From Tubiluchus corallicola (lineage: Eukaryota > Animalia > Priapulida), in the NCBI GenBank assembly GCA_030141605.1, contig JAQGDQ010000123.1:1-64000 (forward strand): DNA of 64,000 bases, given 5' to 3'. Numbering within the stretch: position 1 is the stretch's first letter; each line of letters opens with the position of its first letter. The notes under the pieces were generated by a model. It was not told where the DNA came from. It ran no database searches and was given only the letters and a program-made list of their open reading frames with translations. Both the position numbers and the translations under genes were made by a program. This document shows, one piece after another, positions 61,301 through 64,000 of this stretch.

Positions 61301-63868
61301 TCCAAAAAAGTTTTGTGTAATTTTCACTTTTACAAACATCGCATAAATATTGCCAGTTGTGAGGTACTAGAATTGCTTTACTATCAAATACTTCAGTTAT
61401 AACTAATTTTTAAATGAACTATTAACCAGCATACTGCAGCATTTAAGCACTACCACAAACTTTAAATCTAACATGACAGATTTTTTCACAACAGGGTGCA
61501 ATTCATACTACTTCTAGGTCGGGTAGCTACATGCATTTAACAGAACATGTTTTGCTAATTCAACAAAAGACAACAAAAAATTTGACTAGGAAAAAATTTA
61601 ACAAATTTAAAGCAATTATGTCCTCTTTAACTCCTTCAGGACTGCCATTATTTTCAAAATAGGCCTTATAAGACTTATGAGTTGTGAATTATTTGTTACT
61701 GAGCCCAGACATAACTAAATGATTACAAATTAGGTACTGTTCTATTCAGGAGAATCTCGACTATCCAATCACGCTATTTGTTTAAATAATTATAAGTGAT
61801 TTAATTGGTTAAATTAAGAAAGACATGCCCTTTTCAGGCACTCCAAATTAAAAAATTCAGTAGCTTAGTCTGGTGTACACTTGCATAATCGTACACACTA
61901 TTGATCGCTTTCTTCCTACAACCCAAGAGAAACGTCTGTTGTATAGAGTTCCAGGAAAAACTAACCGATCAGCCAAGGAAAAATTTAGGACATTTCATCT
62001 TTTAACAGGAATGTCTTCTTGAAAATATAGGCGCCTTGAGGCTAAAGTGTAGCAGTGTTATGCCTGGATAGTTAAAATTTCCTGCATTAGCTGATTTCAC
62101 ACAAGTGATAGTGCACATTGTTACAGTGCAAACACTGCAGTTGCTGAAAGCTTTTTTCAATTTTTTTCTCGAAAAATCGATTTTTAATTTGTCTATGGTA
62201 AACAAATGTATTTTATATATAGTTTTGCATGAAAATCCATTGCGTGGGGAACAGAAACTACAAAAATATCAAATATAATGCAATCACTGCTTAGTGCGAG
62301 CAGTTTTTCATGAACCAATGCAAAATGCAGCAAACACTTGCTGTCTTGAAGGTATTAAATAAATAACTGCTAAATCAGACATGTTACTAACGACACGTTC
62401 AGACTAGCAAGTTTTCAGTCCCAAGTTTTCGCTTTGAGAGCAAATTTGCAAGTGTGAACTGTCGGCAAAAAATTGCAAACTCTCTGACAGTTGATTTTCT
62501 GCGAGCTATTTCTAGTGCAGTGGTTCCCAACCTTTTGTTGACGGCGCCCCCTTTCCAGAACCCTGCATCACATCGCTACCCCACGAAGACCATAATCACG
62601 TGTTATACCATTAAACATCATTATTATTCGCATTTTTTAACTTACTATTCAACAAGTTATTGAACAATAAGCGATTGCTTCACTAATTCATGTTGGGTTG
62701 AGTTCTTGATTTATATGTAATTATTAGTTTTGTTTTTGATGAGTTTAAATTTTCCGTTTTCCTTGCCAATTTAAATTTTGCCTCTTCTCATAGCCAAACT
62801 TATTTACTGTTTCTAAATTTAAACTCATTTGAACTTGTTGCCTCATTTATTTTTATTTTATTTATTTATTTTTTATTTTGTAAAGTTGCTGATTATTTTC
62901 ATTTGTACATACCTTACTTGACAGGTCACTTAATTTTCTTCAGCTTGGATAGGGGTGGTTGACTTGGTGACCCTTGGTCTTTTCGCCACCCCGTCTCTTT
63001 TCCGTCCTTATTTTAGTTTTTACCTTTTGTTTATGTTTATTTTGTAACACTCAGAGACAAATAAATTTTTTACTTACTTATGTTAGCAAAATTACTCACT
63101 TACATTAAAGTGGCGGTTGCACATGTTTCTCAGCGATCAGTAATGCAACAGTAATAGGTATCTAAGGTAAAATAAATAGCGACTCGCTTTCAGGTGGTGT
63201 ACACTGTACATAGAACAACTTGCATTTTCATTTTCCCAGAATATCAAGCACTGATATGCCATTTAGAAAGGAAAAACCCAGTTTCACTTTCCAGAACAAA
63301 ATAATGTAATGAGAAACTGAGGAAACAAGACCTACTTACATATTTTTCATAAAACAGCATTTTTTCAAAATAATTTTGGACTAGCCCACTACCCCACGTG
63401 CTTGGGGATCCCACAGGGGTCTAGTGTGAACGCCTCGGCGAGTTACTCTCGGAACTTCACGCAGTTAATAGAGAAATGAGTGTCAGCTCGTTCTTACTGT
63501 GGGAGAGTAACTCAGCAAGGTTTCTCTCTAAATGCAAACTCGCAAGTATGAACTGCTTTGCAAACTCTCCGACAGTTGCTACGAGTTGATTTCATTGCTG
63601 TCTAGACGTGAACACCTCCGCTAGTTACTCTCGGAACTTCACACAGTTAATAGAGAAATGAGTGTCTGCTCGTGCTGAACTTCGAAAAGTAACTCATAGC
63701 AAGTTTTGTTCTCTAGTCTGAACATGCTTGCGAGTAACATGGTGAGTTTACTTGGCGGAAAAACCTGCTAAAGTGAATGCGACATAAGACATATGGTCTA
63801 CTTACATATCACGATGTTCTCCCGTTTGTGTGTGACTGCTTAAATCACGGTTACTTGAAAAATATTTC
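51664..63868 (-). CDS. Uncharacterised protein with repeated matrin/JAZ-type C2H2 zinc fingers (Cx2Cx12Hx5H), 5'-partial
   Basis: Exons 63868-63806, 61137-61074, 59948-59836, 54515-54453, 52780-52714, 51684-51664(stop); GT-AG, phases consistent. Spliced peptide: ...KYFSSNRDLSSHTQTGEHRDMMDKVLRCSQEMGLKPVYNLFQIITNMIK...LYLCKLCRKYFTSTFYLVTHLKGSRHQKWVNNHIYKKAREMNVEPVLNIHSHFIKIM*. Confidence 0.78.
52251..52317. repeat. (TAA)n microsatellite
   Basis: Direct reading. Confidence 0.95.
52714..52780 (-). CDS. ZnF gene exon (VNNHIYKKAREMNVEPVLNIHS)
   Basis: tttccag/gtatgt, phase 2-0; paralogous to exon 61137-61074. Confidence 0.78.
53711..54119. repeat. 53-bp inverted repeat enclosing an (ATAAT)n/(ATAAC)n microsatellite
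   Basis: 53711-53763 versus 54067-54119, about 4 mismatches; pentamer array 53769-54067. Confidence 0.9.
54453..54515 (-). CDS. ZnF gene exon, His half of a finger (KYFTSTFYLVTHLKGSRHQK)
   Basis: tttttcag/gtaag, 63 nt, phase 2-2; HLKGxRH is typical of matrin/U1-type fingers. Confidence 0.83.
56105..57350 (+). repeat. Two direct copies (about 56105-56460 and 56982-57350) of a Tc1/pogo-like MITE end
   Basis: Shared blocks such as gcattagtaacctaaa.agtgcaattattataatgtttttgcttcccgactga; the second copy starts TA|CAGTAAGTCCTCG. Confidence 0.7.
58022..58632 (+). mobile_element. TTAA-flanked non-autonomous DNA transposon, Kolobok-like (family A)
   Basis: TTAA|AG...CT|TTAA ends; homologs at 60223-60816 (inverted), 37277-37426 (internally deleted) and about 20243-20651 (partial). 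Confidence 0.8.
59836..59948 (-). CDS. ZnF gene exon ending in CxxC (IITNMIKSDD...LYLCKLC)
   Basis: ttttttag/gtata, phase 0-2. Confidence 0.82.
60223..60816 (-). mobile_element. TTAA-flanked Kolobok-like element (family A), inverted copy
   Basis: TTAA at 60219-60222 and 60817-60820; reverse-complement similarity to 58022-58632. Confidence 0.8.
61074..61137 (-). CDS. ZnF gene exon (MDKVLRCSQEMGLKPVYNLFQ)
   Basis: ttttgatag/gtatgt, phase 2-0. Confidence 0.78.
63419..63780. repeat. About 180-bp tandem duplication within a DNA-element-like repeat, related to 62390-62520
   Basis: gtctag..tgaac.cctc.gc.agttactctcggaacttcac.cagttaatagagaaatgagtgtc at 63419 and 63599. Confidence 0.7.
63806..63868 (-). 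CDS. ZnF gene exon, His half of a finger (KYFSSNRDLSSHTQTGEHRD)
   Basis: tttacag/gtaagt, 63 nt, phase 2-2. Confidence 0.8.
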
Positions 63869-64000
63869 CTGTAAAACAGCAACAAATGCTTTTTAATGAA
63901 AGCACACACATGTCCAAATATGCTTAAGGCAACTCCAACTAGCACTTTTGCTCATTTCTGAGATTATCCTTGCTAATGAAATGGAATGCAGCCTAACAAC

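Overview
AT-rich genomic DNA from an invertebrate animal (spliced GT-AG genes, dense MITEs, SINEs, LINE fragments and microsatellites); nothing prokaryotic. Four intron-containing genes were reconstructed by hand with consistent splice phases. (1) + strand 1950-16632: the last 11 coding exons of an FGD-family Cdc42 GEF (DH-PH-FYVE-PH) whose FYVE lipid-binding motifs are degenerate. (2) - strand 39906-19532: a complete 11-exon C12orf56/DUF4551 homolog of 633 aa with an X-box-like motif upstream. (3) - strand 45993-42001: a complete 4-exon C2orf68/UPF0561 homolog of 129 aa, plus a candidate extra exon encoding a transmembrane helix. (4) - strand 63868-51664: the 3' part of an unrecognised protein built from a duplicated exon module carrying matrin/JAZ-type C2H2 zinc fingers. 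Its stop codon is followed by a chain of apparently non-coding exons running toward C2orf68. The most notable non-genic items are a double 5S rRNA-headed, RTE-derived SINE with a target-site duplication in an FGD intron, and a tRNA-headed SINE-like element ending in a decayed Penelope-type hammerhead. Others are a candidate bidirectional internal promoter and a back-to-back poly(A) signal between the convergent genes. Family assignments come from recalled sequence motifs; no database searches were run.
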